Origin: Candidatus Woesearchaeota archaeon
Lineage (GTDB): Archaea > Nanobdellota > Nanobdellia > Woesearchaeales > UBA10216
Assembly: GCA_016180065.1 (NCBI GenBank)
Contig: JACPBY010000001.1
Coordinates: 100,851 to 164,850 of the forward strand
DNA length: 64,000 nt
Direction: 5' to 3'
Below the pieces are notes generated by a model, which saw only the letters and a program-made list of their open reading frames with translations, ran no database searches and was not told the origin of the DNA. Numbering within the stretch: the stretch's first letter is position 1; each line of letters opens with the position of its first letter. A program made the position numbers and the translations under genes. Below are positions 25,742 through 35,325 of the stretch, piece by piece.

Positions 25742-27420
25742 GACCTGTCCTCAAGCATGTCGCTTCTGATGCTCCCAACGTGGCTGGAACTCAGCTTCTT
25801 CAGCGCCTCGCGCCTTTTGCCTATTATGTTCGTGATTATGTGCTCGCCGCCAAGCTGCTCGGGCAGGACAACGTAATCCGCTCCTTTTTTGTAAAGCTCA
25901 AGCGCATCCTCCTCAGACAATGCTGAAGCGACAACAACAGCCTTTGAGCCGGAAGCCCTCACCCTCCCAATCAGGCCAAGGCTGTTGTCCTTATCACGGA
26001 CTGTTGAAACAACAGCCTTTGCCCCCCTGAAGTTCAGCAGCTCATCAATCTCCCAGTTGCCCATGTCAGCGCAGACCCCGCTTATGCCCTGCCCCAGAAG
26101 CTTTCTTATTTTCTCGGGGTTGTAGTCAACAACCACAATTTTCTCCTTTTTCCGCTGCAAGAGCCTTATGACCTTGTTTCCCATCCTGTAAATGCCAAAA
26201 ACAACAACATGGCCCGACAGCTTTCCAGGCACGCTCTTCAGGCCTTCCTCCTTCGCAGAAAGCCGCTCAAACACCTTCATCAGCGGCCTAAGCCGCAGGT
26301 AGATTGAGTTGTCAAAATTTATGGCATAAGCTGTCACCGAGAAAGTCAGCATAGTCAAAATGGCGGTCAGCGAAAAAAACTCCTTGCCAATATGGTTAAG
26401 GGCAACACCAGACGCAACCAGAATGATGGAAAACTCGCTCGACTGCGCAAGCTGGATGGAAGAGAGAAGCGCAGTCCGGTTACCAAACCTGAAAAGCTTG
26501 GTAACCAAGAAAGTTATGGCTGGCTTAAGCACAATCACCAGCAGCACTGCCACAACGACTTTCCAGATAAGGCCGTTATAGTTGCTAAATGTAAGCTGCA
26601 TTCCCAAGCTCACGAAGAACAGCGTAAGGAAAAAATCCCTCAGAGGCTTGACCTTGCCGGCGATCTCAAAATTGTACTGCGTGTTGCCGAGAATAATGCC
26701 TGCAATGAAGGCGCCAATGGCAAGCGAGTAGCCAAGGAACGAGGCAAGCCCTGCAAAAGCCATGCACAGCGCTATGGAAAAAATGAAAAGCAGCTCCTTG
26801 GAGCTGACCAAATAGCGCAACGCCCTGTTAAGGAGAAAGCCTGACACGACCGCGGCAAGCACAAGGGCTGCCCCCTTGCCAACCACTGCGGCAACAGCCA
26901 CAGGCGTGAAGTTGCTTACCGTGCCAAGAAGCGTAATGGCCAGCACAGCGACAAGGTCCTGAGCAAGCAGTATGCCAAGGACAAGCCCGCCATGCAGCGA
27001 GTCAAGCTCATTCTTGTCAGAAAGAAGCTTGACAACGACCATTGTGCTGGAAAAGGAAGCCACAAGGCTGATGTAGACCGCTTCAATAGCAGAGAAGCCT
27101 GTGCTGACAGCAACAAAGTAGCTTATTACACCTGTAATGCCAACCTGCAGCAGCCCGATAACCATTGACGACAGCCCAAGCTGCCTTACCCTCTTAAGGT
27201 CAAGCTCCACTCCAATAATAAAAAGCAGCAAAGCAATGCCCAGCTCAGAGAAACTGCCAAGAACCGCTGCATCTTTCACAATGCCAAACACAGGCCCGAT
27301 AAGAAGCCCTGCAGCGATGTAGCCAAGAATCGGCGGCTGCTTCAGAAGGCTGAAAACAACGGCCAGCACAGTTGCTGCGGCAACCGCAACCCCCACGTCG
27401 TAAAAGAATGAATAGACCAT
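25738..27420 (-). CDS. Kef-type cation:proton antiporter (CPA2) with a C-terminal RCK/TrkA-N domain
   Basis: It has a multi-TM Na/H-exchanger-like N-terminal region (QPPILGYIAAGLLIGP). The Rossmann-like motif is HVVVFGIYRMGNKV...VVVDYNPE. Confidence 0.85.
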   Translation of the reverse strand: MVYSFFYDVGVAVAAATVLAVVFSLLKQPPILGYIAAGLLIGPVFGIVKDAAVLGSFSELGIALLLFIIGVELDLKRVRQLGLSSMVIGLLQVGITGVISYFVAVSTGFSAIEAVYISLVASFSSTMVVVKLLSDKNELDSLHGGLVLGILLAQDLVAVLAITLLGTVSNFTPVAVAAVVGKGAALVLAAVVSGFLLNRALRYLVSSKELLFIFSIALCMAFAGLASFLGYSLAIGAFIAGIILGNTQYNFEIAGKVKPLRDFFLTLFFVSLGMQLTFSNYNGLIWKVVVAVLLVIVLKPAITFLVTKLFRFGNRTALLSSIQLAQSSEFSIILVASGVALNHIGKEFFSLTAILTMLTFSVTAYAINFDNSIYLRLRPLMKVFERLSAKEEGLKSVPGKLSGHVVVFGIYRMGNKVIRLLQRKKEKIVVVDYNPEKIRKLLGQGISGVCADMGNWEIDELLNFRGAKAVVSTVRDKDNSLGLIGRVRASGSKAVVVASALSEEDALELYKKGADYVVLPEQLGGEHIITNIIGKRREALKKLSSSHVGSIRSDMLEDRS

Positions 27421-27597
27421 TGCAGCTGCTTTTTAACAAAAGCAAAGTTAAAAAACGTTGCGGTTTGCATGACCGGAACATATGGCTTTGAAGACTGATG
27501 ACTATGTGGCATTAGCTAAGCCAAGACTTGAGCATATAGCAAAAGATTCCGAGCCGACCCCTTCAAGTATTTCTGCCGGCAATTAGGTATGACAAAA

Positions 27598-27607
27598 CTA
27601 TATAAAT
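27598..27607 (+). promoter_or_regulatory. TATA-like box upstream of the DNA ligase gene
   Basis: ctatataaat is centred about 27 nt upstream of the ATG at 27629. Confidence 0.45.
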
Positions 27608-27628
27608 GCCTTTGCAGCAAGCCGGACT

Positions 27629-29485
27629 ATGAAATACTCCGAGCTTGCCGAGCTTTACGAGAGGCTTGACAGCACAACCAAGCGGCTTGAAAAGACTTAT
27701 CACCTGTCAGAATTCCTCAGGAAGGCTTCGGCAGACGAAATAGGAGCGGTAATCCTGATGGTCCAAGGCAGGGTCTTCCCATCATTTGACGAACGCGAGC
27801 TTGGAGTTGCGAACCAGCACCTGATTAAAGCCATAAGCTCTGCTTCAGGCACACCAACAGCAACAGTGGAGAAAGAATGGGCAAAAACTGGAGACCTTGG
27901 GAAAGTGGCTGAATTGCTGGTTAAGTGGAAAAAGCAGTCAACACTGGCTGCTGCAGAGCTGACTGTTAAAAAGGTGTTTGATAACCTTCGCAAGCTCACA
28001 GAATTGTCCGGGCAGGGAAGCGTTGACAGGAAATTGCAACTTATAGCAGAGCTTTTGAGCTCAGCAAAAGGGCAAGAAGCAAGGTATGTGGTCAGGACAA
28101 TCCTTGGCCAGCTCAGGGTTGGGACAGGGGCAGGCATACTCCGGGATGCAATAGCCTGGGCATATTTCCCAAAGGCAGTTGAAAAGGTGTTTGTAAACTG
28201 CAGCAGCTGCCACAAGATAATCCCCCCAGCCGATAACTGCGTTGAATGCGGAAAAGAGCTAAGCAAGGAAGCAAAAAAAGCAGCCGTAACTTCAGCAGCA
28301 GAAGGAGAGGAAAGCGCACGGGAAGAATACAACATTATCCTTGGCAAGATACAGCAGGCTTATGACCTCACCAATGATTTTGGGGTTGTTGCAAAGAAAG
28401 CAAAGACAGAAGGCATAAAAGGGCTCGAGAACGTTGAGATAAAGGCCGGGACACCAATAAAAGTAATGCTCGCCCTGAAAGCCGAGACGGTTGAGGAAGC
28501 CCTTGAGACTGCCGGAAGGCCTGCGCAGTGCGAGTACAAGTATGACGGCTTCAGGCTGGAATGCCACAGGGACAAGGACAAAATCTGGCTTTACACAAGA
28601 CGGCTGGAAAACGTAACCAACCAGTTCCCTGATGTTGTTGAATGCCTGAAGAAGCATGTGAAAGGCGATAACTACATCATGGATGCGGAAGCTGTGGGGT
28701 TTGACCCGAAAACGCAGAAGTATGTGCCGTTCCAAAACATCTCGCAGCGCATCAAACGAAAATATGACATAGAAAAAACAGCTGAAGAACTGCCAGTTGA
28801 AGTAAACGTGTTTGACGTTCTAAGCTACGAAGGCAAAAGCTTCATTAAAGAGCCATTCAAAAAAAGAAGGGAGCTTATTGAACGGATTGTAAGCAGCACC
28901 AAAAGGAAAATTGTCGTGTCCAAAGCGATAACAGCAGACAAAGAGCCTGAAATTGAGAGATTCTTCAAACAGGCAAAGGCAGACGGCACAGAAGGCCTGA
29001 TGATAAAAAAGCTTGACGCACCATACCAGCCAGGAGCCAGGGTAGGCTACATGCTGAAATTCAAGAAAGTCATGGAAAACCTTGACCTGGCCGTTGTCGC
29101 AGCAGAATGGGGCGAAGGCAAAAGGGCAAAGTGGCTAAGCAGCTACTACCTTGCATGCAACAGCGAAGGAAAGCTCCTTGAAATCGGCAAAGTATCAACA
29201 GGCCTTAAAGAGAAAAGAGAAGAAGGCCTGAGCTTTGACGAAGTAACCGAGCTGCTAAGGCCACTTATTGCTGAGCAGCAGGGAAGATACGTGAAAGTAA
29301 AGCCAAAGATAGTGCTTGAGGTTGCTTACGAGGAAATCCAGAAAAGCCCCACATACGAGTCAGGGTATGCCTTGCGCTTTCCAAGGATAATCCGCAACAG
29401 AAGCGAGGAGAAAGGCGTTGACGACATAAACACCCTTGAGGACGTTGAGAGGCTGTACAAGACACAGAAGAAGATGAAGGCGTAG
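27629..29485 (+). CDS. lig: ATP-dependent DNA ligase with an inserted CxxC..CxxC segment
   Basis: The adenylation motif I is EYKYDGFR, and the protein has DBD, AdD and OB regions. An extra segment NCSSCHKIIPPADNCVECGKEL lies inside the DNA-binding domain. Confidence 0.9.
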   Translation: MKYSELAELYERLDSTTKRLEKTYHLSEFLRKASADEIGAVILMVQGRVFPSFDERELGVANQHLIKAISSASGTPTATVEKEWAKTGDLGKVAELLVKWKKQSTLAAAELTVKKVFDNLRKLTELSGQGSVDRKLQLIAELLSSAKGQEARYVVRTILGQLRVGTGAGILRDAIAWAYFPKAVEKVFVNCSSCHKIIPPADNCVECGKELSKEAKKAAVTSAAEGEESAREEYNIILGKIQQAYDLTNDFGVVAKKAKTEGIKGLENVEIKAGTPIKVMLALKAETVEEALETAGRPAQCEYKYDGFRLECHRDKDKIWLYTRRLENVTNQFPDVVECLKKHVKGDNYIMDAEAVGFDPKTQKYVPFQNISQRIKRKYDIEKTAEELPVEVNVFDVLSYEGKSFIKEPFKKRRELIERIVSSTKRKIVVSKAITADKEPEIERFFKQAKADGTEGLMIKKLDAPYQPGARVGYMLKFKKVMENLDLAVVAAEWGEGKRAKWLSSYYLACNSEGKLLEIGKVSTGLKEKREEGLSFDEVTELLRPLIAEQQGRYVKVKPKIVLEVAYEEIQKSPTYESGYALRFPRIIRNRSEEKGVDDINTLEDVERLYKTQKKMKA

Positions 29486-29496
29486 CAATCCGGTGA

Positions 29497-29853
29497 ATGG
29501 CAGGGATGAAAAAGAAAAAGGCGCTGATTGAAAAAGAACTCCTTTTTGACGCGCTCCTGTCAGCATTCGGGGTAGCAATGGTGGCATTGCTCTACAAAAA
29601 CAACCTGCTATTAACGCTAATAATCCTGGCAGGCTGGATTACCGCCATAAAGCTTTGGCATGTGAAGCACGACATCTGCCTGTTCGTTACAGCAGCTTTT
29701 TTGGGCACAGCAGCAGAAATTGTTGCCATAAGATTCGGCGCATGGCAATACTCAAACCCGACACTTCTGGGCATACCTGCATGGCTGCCCCTGCTCTGGG
29801 GAATAGCTGTTGTTTTCATCAACAGAGTTGTAAATGCCATCGTGAAGTTCTGA
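29497..29853 (+). CDS. small multi-pass membrane protein, hypothetical
   Basis: 118 aa with 3-4 hydrophobic helices. It lies directly downstream of lig. Confidence 0.55.
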   Translation: MAGMKKKKALIEKELLFDALLSAFGVAMVALLYKNNLLLTLIILAGWITAIKLWHVKHDICLFVTAAFLGTAAEIVAIRFGAWQYSNPTLLGIPAWLPLLWGIAVVFINRVVNAIVKF

Positions 29854-29923
29854 GATGAGAATTATAAAACGCAACAGCTGCACTGCATTAACACTATAGC
29901 GCTGGAGTTTGAGAAAAGGAAAA

Positions 29924-30733
29924 TTACCATGATTTGATTATTAACTGTTCAACACGCTTTAGCGCATCGTTTGAAACAAGCTCAAGGCTTAACGGCGCTA
30001 CAGATATTTTCCCTTCTGCAACCGCTTTGGCATCCGTGCCTTCCTGCAAATGCCCGCTTTGCATGTGCCTGAATGCGATGTAAGGATTTACATGAATGAA
30101 GCTATCGCCCCTTTTCTGGAATAGTTTGCCGTAGGAACCCCTGAACGGCACTGTAACCGCAAAAGGCGTGTCAACCGTAGCGCCAAAAGGGATGTTCAGG
30201 GATATCAAATCAACACCTGCGCCGAAGTCTTTTTTGACAAGAATCGCAGCCAGTTTTGTTGTTATTTTTGCAGCATTTTCAAAGATGATGCTGTTTTTAG
30301 CATCAAAGAAATCTGTGCTGGCCCTGATTTCAGGCGGTATGCACAGCGCCGCCGCTATTGATTTCACTCCATCCAGTGATGCTTCCATTGCTGCTCCCAC
30401 AGTCCCTGAGCTGAGCGTTTGCGCATGGCCTAAATTGTCGCTGAGGTTTATCCCTGAAACAACAAGCTTCGGCTTTTTATCCAGAGCACCATACAACCCA
30501 ACCTGAACGCAGTCGGCAGGCGTTCCGCTTAAAGAAAAGACATCAAAGCCCCCTGCCTTTACCTTTTTCAGCTCCAGTGCCTGCCTTGCAGTTATGGACT
30601 TCCCTATCCAGCTTCTCTCGCCAGGAGGGGCTACAGCAGCCACTGAAAACTGCCTTGACATCTCCTTAAGCAGCGAAAGGAAGCCTACTGACTTGTAGCC
30701 GTCGTCGTTTGTCAATAAAACGTCTGCCATCAA
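29924..30733 (-). CDS. surE: 5'/3'-nucleotidase SurE
   Basis: The N-terminal signature is VLLTNDDGYKS, and the length is about 269 aa. Confidence 0.85.
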   Translation of the reverse strand: MMADVLLTNDDGYKSVGFLSLLKEMSRQFSVAAVAPPGERSWIGKSITARQALELKKVKAGGFDVFSLSGTPADCVQVGLYGALDKKPKLVVSGINLSDNLGHAQTLSSGTVGAAMEASLDGVKSIAAALCIPPEIRASTDFFDAKNSIIFENAAKITTKLAAILVKKDFGAGVDLISLNIPFGATVDTPFAVTVPFRGSYGKLFQKRGDSFIHVNPYIAFRHMQSGHLQEGTDAKAVAEGKISVAPLSLELVSNDALKRVEQLIIKSW

Positions 30734-31791
30734 AACTCTCCCTTAAATTTTTCAATGAACTTTTCAAAGTCCTTCTTCCTGACAGAGCCCCCACAGGCTT
30801 TCTCGTGGCCCCCGCCGTAGCCGTCAATCCCGACAAGGGCTTTCTGGAGCGCAGGAAGCACAGGAACAAGGCGAGCCCTGAAGCTCAGCATAAAAGAATC
30901 AGCCTTCTCCCTCCCAACAACAATTACCCTGTTCGGATAAAGAAAAAGAAGCTCGTTAGCCAGGTCTCCGGAAAGGCTTTGCCTGTCCTTGTATGTGAAG
31001 ATGAGGAACTTTTCGCCTTTGCTGCCCTCTGCAACTGTTTTTGCCTCTGCAAGCAGCCGGTCATATTGCGAGCTTATTTTCCTAAAATGGCGGTAGATGT
31101 GCCTGCCCTCTGTTGTCGTGCGGTTAAGTATCTCGTAAGGGCTGCTGACGCGCTCAAGAGCATTTATGCATGAAACAGCATCAGATGTAGGGCCCTTGAG
31201 CATAAATGAGAATATCCTCCCAAGCTTTCCAAGCAAGGTTGTGAACAGGGCTTCCTCAGCTGTCATGGGCTTTGGCAGCAGGTCAGGAAACTTCCGGGTG
31301 AACTCATCAGCAAACTCAGGCATGTGCCAGTCGCTGACTATGCCCGCCATGGCAAGCCACAAATCCTGTTTCCCTGCCTGCCCGGCTGCCTTGTAGCACA
31401 GGTAGCTGGCCGGCGGGTTGTTCTGGGGAGCATGAAGCCGGGGATTGAAGTACCTGACTCCGTTTAGCTTGACAGGCTGGTGGTGGTCTATCCATACAAT
31501 GCTTTTCAAGCCAGGCAATGAACGCCTGACTTCATCAACAAAGGACTGCTGCATAAGAGCAACGTCAAGAACGAACAAGGCATCAGGATTTGCCCTTACC
31601 ACAGGGCCAACAAACCGGCCATTAACATTCGGCTCAGCCTTAACCATCATGCCCTTTCCCCTGCCTATGTAACGCTTGAGCAAAAGGAAAGAAACCAAGC
31701 CGTCAGGGTCATCATGGAACAAAAAGAAAGGCTTTTGGGAAGCGGCAAGCTCAGTTCTTATGCCTTCGTATTCGCTCTCTGTCAAGTCCAT
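30730..31791 (-). CDS. DHH/DHHA1 phosphoesterase (archaeal RecJ-like)
   Basis: It contains the motifs FHDDPDG, IDHHQP and GGGHEKACGG. The track ORF extends to 32226, across the divergent promoter and a hairpin element. I start at the ATG at 31791 (MDLTESEY). Its stop overlaps the surE start (ATGA). Confidence 0.75.
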   Translation of the reverse strand: MDLTESEYEGIRTELAASQKPFFLFHDDPDGLVSFLLLKRYIGRGKGMMVKAEPNVNGRFVGPVVRANPDALFVLDVALMQQSFVDEVRRSLPGLKSIVWIDHHQPVKLNGVRYFNPRLHAPQNNPPASYLCYKAAGQAGKQDLWLAMAGIVSDWHMPEFADEFTRKFPDLLPKPMTAEEALFTTLLGKLGRIFSFMLKGPTSDAVSCINALERVSSPYEILNRTTTEGRHIYRHFRKISSQYDRLLAEAKTVAEGSKGEKFLIFTYKDRQSLSGDLANELLFLYPNRVIVVGREKADSFMLSFRARLVPVLPALQKALVGIDGYGGGHEKACGGSVRKKDFEKFIEKFKGEF

Positions 31792-31819
31792 CAGGAACGC
31801 TGCAAAGCCAGCCAGTATT

Positions 31820-31965
31820 AAACCTTTTTGCTCGCTAAACCTTTTTTGCTGCGGCAAAAAAGCTTTACCAAAAGCTATACATCCTGTCATGGACAAGATT
31901 AGGCTTTCCGTCAACGCACAAGTCGGCAGTTGCCGGCTGTGCACAATCGGCGCAATGCCGATTCG
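31820..31965. repeat. copy of the hairpin-module family (A/T hairpin plus AATCGGC..GCCGATT hairpin)
   Basis: cttttttgc (31841-49) pairs with gcaaaaaag (31854-62). aatcggc (31945-51) pairs with gccgatt (31957-63). The 12-mer gcaaaaaagctt is identical, as its reverse complement, to 52594-52605. Confidence 0.5.
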
Positions 31966-32095
31966 GGCTTTTGCGAACATCAGTGAACAAAAGGGTTGTG
32001 CTATATTAGTATATAAAAGCATAATCTTTATATAGTGGTATTTGAGTTTTAGCACAGTTATTGGGGTTGGTTGGTGAGAGAAGGGGGTTGCATAG

Positions 32096-32518
32096 ATGGT
32101 AATACTTTTTGACCAGTTCCACATGCCGGATGACATCTTTGAGGTAGTCTTTGCCACAACCCAGCAGAAGATAGTTGCCAAGGTTCTCATAAGAACCATG
32201 AAGGAAAAGAACGGTGAGATGAACAAGACAGAGATGTCTTTCTTTGCAACAAAGCTTCACGAAGGCAATTTCGTGACCGAGATAGAAGAGCCGGGCTACG
32301 AGGGCAAAAAAGTAAAGCTTTCATACAACAAAAGGCAGTTTTATGACCGCATTCTGACTCCCATGAAAAGCATGGGCATGATTGACTACGACCTTTACAA
32401 GAAAACCTACCGGCTTTCTGATGCTTTCAACAAGGAGATGATCAAGGTAGGCATCATGTGGCTGCATGAGCTGAAAAGGCCTGTTTCCGGGTTCAAGATA
32501 AAGGAAGCAAAGGCGTAG
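32096..32518 (+). CDS. hypothetical protein (140 aa)
   Basis: Clean ORF with a purine-rich stretch (gagagaaggggg) upstream. I recognise no family. Confidence 0.5.
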   Translation: MVILFDQFHMPDDIFEVVFATTQQKIVAKVLIRTMKEKNGEMNKTEMSFFATKLHEGNFVTEIEEPGYEGKKVKLSYNKRQFYDRILTPMKSMGMIDYDLYKKTYRLSDAFNKEMIKVGIMWLHELKRPVSGFKIKEAKA

Positions 32519-32527
32519 CCTTCTGAA

Positions 32528-33529
32528 TCATAAGCCAATATACCTTGCATAATCGGCTTTTGCCTTCTCTATTGAACCTGACTTCACAATCGCCCTTCCA
32601 TCCCTGAACAGCGTTATGTTCCTGAAGCTAATGCATCCCTCAAAGCCAGCAACCTTTTCCCCCATCTTTTGCAGCTGCAATTTCAGTGCGGGCAAGTTAA
32701 CAGCCTTTCCTTTTACCTGAAACGAGTTCCGGCCGCACAGGCTGACTGTTTTTGAACCTTTCTTGCCGCTTAAATAATCGTAGCTGCTGTTGCCGTTACA
32801 GCTGCCGCAACAGGGATTCCTCTTTACCGCTATTCGCGTAAGGTTGTTCTGCCAAACATTCAGCCTCAAAAGCCCCTTTGCCAGCTCATTGTACCTTCCC
32901 AGAAGCATTTTCAGGGCTTCTGTCACCTGCATTGCTGCAATTGCTGTTGTTGCCGAAGCCAAAACACCAGCAGTATCGCAGGTTTCTCCAGCAGAGGATT
33001 TTCCGAATACGCACGCAAAGCAAGGCGAATTCTTGCTGTTGCTGCCGCGAAAATCAAACGCCATGAGCTGCGCAGCATCGCGGATTGCTGCAGAATGAAC
33101 CCAGGCAAGCCTGTTCTTCAGGCAATACTCATTAATCAGGAATCTTGTTTCAAGGTTGTCTGTGCAGTCAAGGACAACATCAGGCATCCCGACGAGCTTC
33201 GTGATGCTTTTGCAATCAATATCTGCTGCAGCCGCGACTATTTTTATTCCGGAATTTACATGCCTCAACTTCCCTGCTGTTGCTTCCGTTTTCGGCTTCC
33301 CAACATCACGCTCATCGTAAAGAAGCTGCCGCTGCAAATCTGTCAACTCAACAACATCCCTGTCAATAATAACGAGTTTCCCAATACCTGCCCTTGTGAG
33401 AAGCTCCGCAGCTACTGTGCCGAGAGCGCCAAGGCCGACTACCACCGCCCCGCTTCTCAACAGCAGCTTTTGCGCAGCCTTGCCTATCAGCATCTTCTGG
33501 CGACTGTAGCGCGAAATTGCAAACGCCAT
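32528..33529 (-). CDS. ThiF/MoeB/UbaA-type E1-like adenylyltransferase
   Basis: The nucleotide-binding motif is VVVGLGALGTVAAELLTRAGIGKLVIIDRDVVELTDLQRQ. It also has a CDTAGVL region and a C-terminal CCGSC motif. Confidence 0.8.
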   Translation of the reverse strand: MAFAISRYSRQKMLIGKAAQKLLLRSGAVVVGLGALGTVAAELLTRAGIGKLVIIDRDVVELTDLQRQLLYDERDVGKPKTEATAGKLRHVNSGIKIVAAAADIDCKSITKLVGMPDVVLDCTDNLETRFLINEYCLKNRLAWVHSAAIRDAAQLMAFDFRGSNSKNSPCFACVFGKSSAGETCDTAGVLASATTAIAAMQVTEALKMLLGRYNELAKGLLRLNVWQNNLTRIAVKRNPCCGSCNGNSSYDYLSGKKGSKTVSLCGRNSFQVKGKAVNLPALKLQLQKMGEKVAGFEGCISFRNITLFRDGRAIVKSGSIEKAKADYARYIGL

Positions 33530-33583
33530 AGCCCAAACGTAATTTGCAAATCTTTATTAACCTTTGCCGCTGACCATGCTGTT

Positions 33584-34666
33584 ATGGAAAACTCCCGTGA
33601 AACGTCTGCCACAAGGCCCAAGGAAGCAGCATTTCTTTACTCAATCCCAACCGCTGTTTTTGTTTTTGACAGCAACATAAAGCTTGTCCAGAAAATCAAA
33701 GTGGCTGATCCAGAGCTGGCAATGGCAATGCTGTCAAAAAATGAGTGGCTTCCCGAGGAAAAAGAAGCTGTGAGGAAGACGAAATCAGATGGAAAGGCGA
33801 TTGTTGTCCTGGGAGCTAAAAAAGACAAGCCAGATGATGTGGCTTTTTCACAGGATATCAGGAAGCTTGAAGCTGCAACATCAGCAGCCACAGATGAACC
33901 AGCCAGGCTGCGCGAAATAGTAATAAGTTTTACAAAGAAGGCCGTGGCAGAGTCAGTGAATGACGACAATCTGATAATCCAGTCATCATCTGCAATCGCT
34001 GAGCTTAACAAAGCAGCAAACCTTCTCATCAAGCGCGCCAGGGAGTGGTATGAGCTTTACTGCCCTGAAGCATCAAGGCAAATAAGCAGCCACGAGGAAT
34101 TTGCCAATGCTATCCTTAACAAAAGCAAGGATGAGCTTCTCAAGGAATTCAGAGTTAAAGAAACCATGGGCGTGAATCTTGAAAAAGCAGACATCAGGAT
34201 GATTCTCGCGTTTGCTGAGAATATCAAGAGCCTTTATGAAAGGAGAAGCAGCATTGCAGAATACGTTGAGGAACTGATGAAACGGCACTGCCCGAATATT
34301 GCAGCGGTTGCAGGCCCGTCAACAGGCGCAGAGCTCATAGTGCAGGCAGGCTCGCTGCAAAGGCTTGCTATGCTGCCCTCCTCCACAATACAGCTTCTGG
34401 GAGCTGAAAGAGAGCTGTTCAGGCATTTGAAGGACAAGAAGCAAAAGCCGCCAAAGGCAGGCGTTCTGCACAACCATCCGTTTGTGACTTCTGCCCCAAG
34501 ACAGCAGCAGGGAAGGATTGCAAAACTGCTGGCAGACAAAATCTCAATCGCTTCCAGGGTTGACTACTTCAAAGGCAGCTTTGCCGGAGACAGGCTTTTG
34601 GAAGAACTCAAGAAAAAGCTGGAAACCAGAATAACAACAGAAGCTTCAAAGGTGAGCAAAAAATGA
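33584..34666 (+). CDS. nop5: Nop5 (Nop56/58) C/D box sRNP core protein
   Basis: The Nop domain reads LLGAERELFRHLKDKKQKPPKAGVLHNHPFV...RIAKLLADKISIASRVDYF. The track ORF start at 33095 is a 5' extension overlapping the divergent gene, so I use the ATG at 33584. Confidence 0.85.
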   Translation: MENSRETSATRPKEAAFLYSIPTAVFVFDSNIKLVQKIKVADPELAMAMLSKNEWLPEEKEAVRKTKSDGKAIVVLGAKKDKPDDVAFSQDIRKLEAATSAATDEPARLREIVISFTKKAVAESVNDDNLIIQSSSAIAELNKAANLLIKRAREWYELYCPEASRQISSHEEFANAILNKSKDELLKEFRVKETMGVNLEKADIRMILAFAENIKSLYERRSSIAEYVEELMKRHCPNIAAVAGPSTGAELIVQAGSLQRLAMLPSSTIQLLGAERELFRHLKDKKQKPPKAGVLHNHPFVTSAPRQQQGRIAKLLADKISIASRVDYFKGSFAGDRLLEELKKKLETRITTEASKVSKK

Positions 34667-35316
34667 GGCAGGTGTTTCAGGGAGTATTTGAGGAGGACAG
34701 GAAGCTCTACACGCTGAACAGCATGCCTGGGCAGCAACTGTTTGAAGAGGAACTGGTTATAGCCAACGGGAAAGAACACAGAAGCTGGAGCCCCCTTAGA
34801 AGCAAGCTCGCAGCAGCAATAGTCAAAGGCCTGCCCCAGCTTCCCATAACAGCCAAGTCAAAGGTGCTATACCTTGGAGCGGCGCATGGCTACACGCCCT
34901 CTTTTATTTCAGATATTGCATCAGATGGAGCTGTCTTTGCAATAGACTTTGCGCCAAGGGTTGTAAGAGACCTGGTTTTTGCTGCAGAAAAGAGAAAAAA
35001 CATCCTTCCCCTGCTGGCTGACGCAAACCACCCTGAAAGCTACTACAACATTGCCGGAGCTGTTGACATCGTTTACCAGGATGTTGCACAGAAGAACCAA
35101 GTGGGGATATTCCTGAAGAACTGTGACCTCCTACTCAAGCCAGGAGGCTTCGGAATGCTTGCCCTGAAAGCAAGGAGCGTTGACGTTACAATGCAGCCGC
35201 AGATGATATTTGCAGCAGCAAGGAAAGAACTTGAAAAGAAATTCACAATAGACGATTTCAGAATCCTCAGCCCGTTGCAGAAAGACCACGCATTCTTTGT
35301 GTGCCAAAAAAAATGA
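34663..35316 (+). CDS. flpA: fibrillarin-like rRNA/tRNA 2'-O-methyltransferase
   Basis: It contains RSWSPLRSKLAAAI...VLYLGAAHGYTPSFISDI. Its start overlaps the nop5 stop (ATGA). Confidence 0.9.
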   Translation: MRQVFQGVFEEDRKLYTLNSMPGQQLFEEELVIANGKEHRSWSPLRSKLAAAIVKGLPQLPITAKSKVLYLGAAHGYTPSFISDIASDGAVFAIDFAPRVVRDLVFAAEKRKNILPLLADANHPESYYNIAGAVDIVYQDVAQKNQVGIFLKNCDLLLKPGGFGMLALKARSVDVTMQPQMIFAAARKELEKKFTIDDFRILSPLQKDHAFFVCQKK

Positions 35317-35325
35317 ATGCTGCTG

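Noticed and set aside
27495-27501. CTGATGA resembling a C box of a C/D box sRNA, in the kef-lig intergenic region.
   Set aside because: The first base does not fit RUGAUGA. No D, D' (CUGA) or C' boxes occur at the expected spacing on either strand.
33095-33583. Long 5' extensions of tracked ORFs: nop5 at 33095, glyS at 47871, the RecJ-like gene up to 32226, the dehydrogenase up to 52522, the S-layer-like gene up to 61977, fbp from 61945, PCNA, trxB, rnj, NUDIX and rfcL.
   Set aside because: The extensions overlap neighbouring genes or promoters. They precede the conserved family N-termini, and in most cases a TATA-like box or an upstream stop supports the internal start.
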